Below are positions 62,199 through 64,000 of a stretch of 64,000 bases of DNA, one piece after another (position 1 is the stretch's first letter; each line of letters opens with the position of its first letter). The DNA is from Candidatus Heimdallarchaeota archaeon (GTDB taxonomy: Archaea; Asgardarchaeota; Heimdallarchaeia; JABLTI01). Under the pieces are notes generated by a model. It made no database searches. It was not told where the DNA came from and saw only the letters and a program-made list of their open reading frames with translations. The stretch covers positions 8,295 through 72,294 of the forward strand of contig DXJV01000087.1 in NCBI GenBank assembly GCA_019056785.1, written 5' to 3'. The translations under genes and the position numbers were made by a program.

Positions 62199-63275
62199 TT
62201 AGAGGGATAAATAGATCAATCCTAGAGTAGCCAACGCTAAAAGAGAAGAAATGAAAGAAGTTACACCCATCGCAACAACAATCTCATGCTCCCGCATTGG
62301 TTGTTTTGCAACGAGCCAACGCGTCAAAGTGAGCGGGGCTTTTTTGTGAGGGTTCGCCGAAATCTCTTCTGTGTCATCATGTACGATAGTTGGTCGCTCT
62401 TTTATCTGCCGGCGTTCTCGAAGGCCCTTAATACTGGAAAGGATTTGAAAAGAATTCATTATCTGAGGCATCATTGCGACAATAATAATAATCTCAATTC
62501 GGCCAAATATTGCAACTAAAGCAATCATTGCACCAATTGTTAAACTCCCCGTATCACCACAAAAGATCTTCGCAGGATAACGATTAAACCAGTAAAAAGC
62601 AAACAAACACGCAAAAAGCAAGACTGAAAGCACAACACCCGGGAAAGTATCAATGGCAGTTTTTTGTTGGATGCCCAACACAACAGTGGAGATAATTGCA
62701 CTTCCTGTAACAAAAAGCATTGTTACTGGTGTAGAACCATTCATCACATCCAGCATATTTGTGGCATTCGACAACACTGTAATAGCAAAGGGCACTAACA
62801 ACCAATAAACAATTGTTATGGTTATTGAACCAATAAGAGGGAGGAAGGGACGCGGGTTAAAAAGTAGAAGTTCTGTCTTCTCAAAAGTTGGATTTGCGAC
62901 AAGTTGCCAGATAAGAAGGGGGATACTTGGTATAAGCAACAAGAAAGGTTTGGTAATCGCACCTAAAGCTTTCAAATCATCCCAAATGCCAATAAGCCCC
63001 ACAAGAAGTATGACAATTGCTGAGACAGTGAAAAATTGCCAGTAGTCTGGGAAGATAAAGATACAACTAATAAGCATCACTATTAAAACGATCACAATGC
63101 TGACACCCCCCATCTCAGCCACCTTTGGTCGCTCCTTTTTATGGACATCAAGACCATAGATACCTTTCTTTAAAAAGAATTTACTGAGAAACCATGTAAG
63201 AAGAGCTGTTGCCCCAGCAGCAAAAACAAAAATGATAATGAGCCAGATCCAATCCATTAAGTCCATAATCGTCAC
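62199..63275 (-). CDS. Glycosyltransferase family 4: polyprenyl/dolichyl-phosphate HexNAc-1-phosphate transferase (AglH/ALG7/MraY-like)
   Basis: About 10 TM helices with the conserved WDDLK (D-D), NMLDVMNG (N-x-x-D-G-x-D/N-G) and GDTGSL motifs. Confidence 0.8.
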   Translation of the reverse strand: MTIMDLMDWIWLIIIFVFAAGATALLTWFLSKFFLKKGIYGLDVHKKERPKVAEMGGVSIVIVLIVMLISCIFIFPDYWQFFTVSAIVILLVGLIGIWDDLKALGAITKPFLLLIPSIPLLIWQLVANPTFEKTELLLFNPRPFLPLIGSITITIVYWLLVPFAITVLSNATNMLDVMNGSTPVTMLFVTGSAIISTVVLGIQQKTAIDTFPGVVLSVLLFACLFAFYWFNRYPAKIFCGDTGSLTIGAMIALVAIFGRIEIIIIVAMMPQIMNSFQILSSIKGLRERRQIKERPTIVHDDTEEISANPHKKAPLTLTRWLVAKQPMREHEIVVAMGVTSFISSLLALATLGLIYLSL

Positions 63276-63546
63276 GATTCAACAAATTAATAATGATTTT
63301 TTTTGAGTTCAAGTTTGTATTACCAATTAAAAAATTTTTGATAAAAAAATCCTTTAGTTCGAAATTTTAAAAGAAATTAAATAGTCGTTTTTGTTCGTTA
63401 TTGGCTAAAGAACGATAACTTATCGTGAAAAATATTTTAACGAAAAGAGTTTACGTTTAAAGTGTCAAAAGAAGAACTTTAGATGATTGGAAAAATCATA
63501 TAAAAAAGAACAGAAGGTAAAAAGATTGTCCAAAGAAAAAACTGTA

Positions 63547-64000
63547 ATGCTATTGAGTGGAAATGAAGCTTTTGCTCGAGGTGTCTTGGAAGCAGGAGTG
63601 GATGTTGCTGCAGCCTACCCTGGAACGCCCTCCACAGAGATCATGGAAACAATCGCGCGGTTTGGAAAGGAAACAGGGATGCATGCAGAGTGGTCCATTA
63701 ATGAGAAAGTGGCCTTTGAAGTTGCCCTGGGAGCATCCTGGAGTGGCCTCCGGTCGTTTACAGCTGCAAAACATGTTGGTTTAAATGTTGCGGCTGACCC
63801 ATTCTTTACAGCTACACTTTTCGGCGGCATGAAAGGTGGCTTTGTTATGGTTATCGCTGACGACCCCAGCTTTCATTCAAGCCAGAATGAACAGGATACA
63901 CGGATGTATGCTCTTGCTGCCCATGCCATTTGCATGGAGCCATCTACGCCCCAAGAAGCTCTTGATATGATTAAATTTGCCTACGACTTTTCCGAAAAGT
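63547..64000 (+). CDS. iorA: Indolepyruvate:ferredoxin oxidoreductase alpha subunit, N-terminal fragment (continues beyond window)
   Basis: Absent from the track because truncated. My translation is MLLSGNEAFARGVLEAGVDVAAAYPGTPSTEIMETIA...ADDPSFHSSQNEQDTR, the typical IorA N-terminus. TTG at 63526 is an alternative start. Confidence 0.8.
   Translation, partial: MLLSGNEAFARGVLEAGVDVAAAYPGTPSTEIMETIARFGKETGMHAEWSINEKVAFEVALGASWSGLRSFTAAKHVGLNVAADPFFTATLFGGMKGGFVMVIADDPSFHSSQNEQDTRMYALAAHAICMEPSTPQEALDMIKFAYDFSEK

Noticed and set aside
1-64000. A search for CRISPR arrays, transposases, integrases, prophage genes, rRNA genes and long direct or inverted DNA repeats.
   Set aside because: I found none on reading both strands. 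The only repeats are in-frame low-complexity coding tracts and short terminator hairpins.

Overview
This is an AT-rich, mostly housekeeping chromosomal segment of an archaeon. All calls come from reading the sequence and ORF track by eye; no database search, folding or TM-prediction program was run.

**Content.** I can support about 63 protein genes, including two edge-truncated genes missing from the ORF track, plus one intron-containing tRNA. I found no CRISPR array, transposase, integrase or rRNA.

**Main blocks:**
- 1-5150 and 8200-9650: RNA and tRNA maturation genes (cca, thpR, UPF0201, rnz, trm11, yhbY-like, trmY), plus prs and eS26.
- 12.8-15.8 kb: a four-subunit 2-oxoacid:ferredoxin oxidoreductase.
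- 16057-16174: tRNA-Gln(CUG) with a ~41-nt insert in the D-loop.
- 18.5-21.3 kb: alaS.
- 21.5-31.4 kb: an 18-gene ribosomal-protein string, uL22 to uL15, including RNase P Rpp29.
- Three separate pieces of the A-type ATPase: atpI; atpC-atpK; atpA-atpB.
- Also tldD/pmbA, pyrG, rio2, an SPFH/flotillin-NfeD pair next to a type IV pilin-like gene, galU, secE-spt5, ftsZ, an AglH/ALG7-like GT4 and the start of iorA.

**Lineage (inference).** An unmistakable Arf-family small GTPase, eS26, FtsZ and the A-ATPase together point to an Asgard-type archaeon.

**Most interesting signals:**
1. The Arf-like GTPase lacks the N-terminal amphipathic helix. It is translationally coupled to a 7-8 TM membrane protein in a unit with its own TATA-like box and hairpin/T-run terminator. 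This could be a receptor or anchor plus GTPase module.
2. uL18, eL32 and uS3 carry 110-215-aa Lys-rich low-complexity C-terminal tails. The eL32 and uS3 tails share a short acidic motif.
3. The tRNA intron sits at a non-canonical D-loop position.
4. The ATPase and ribosomal gene strings are broken by explicit terminators.
5. Several orphan proteins stand out, including a tandem C2H2-like zinc-finger protein and a possible longin/roadblock-like protein. A GC-rich structured island lies upstream of uL22.
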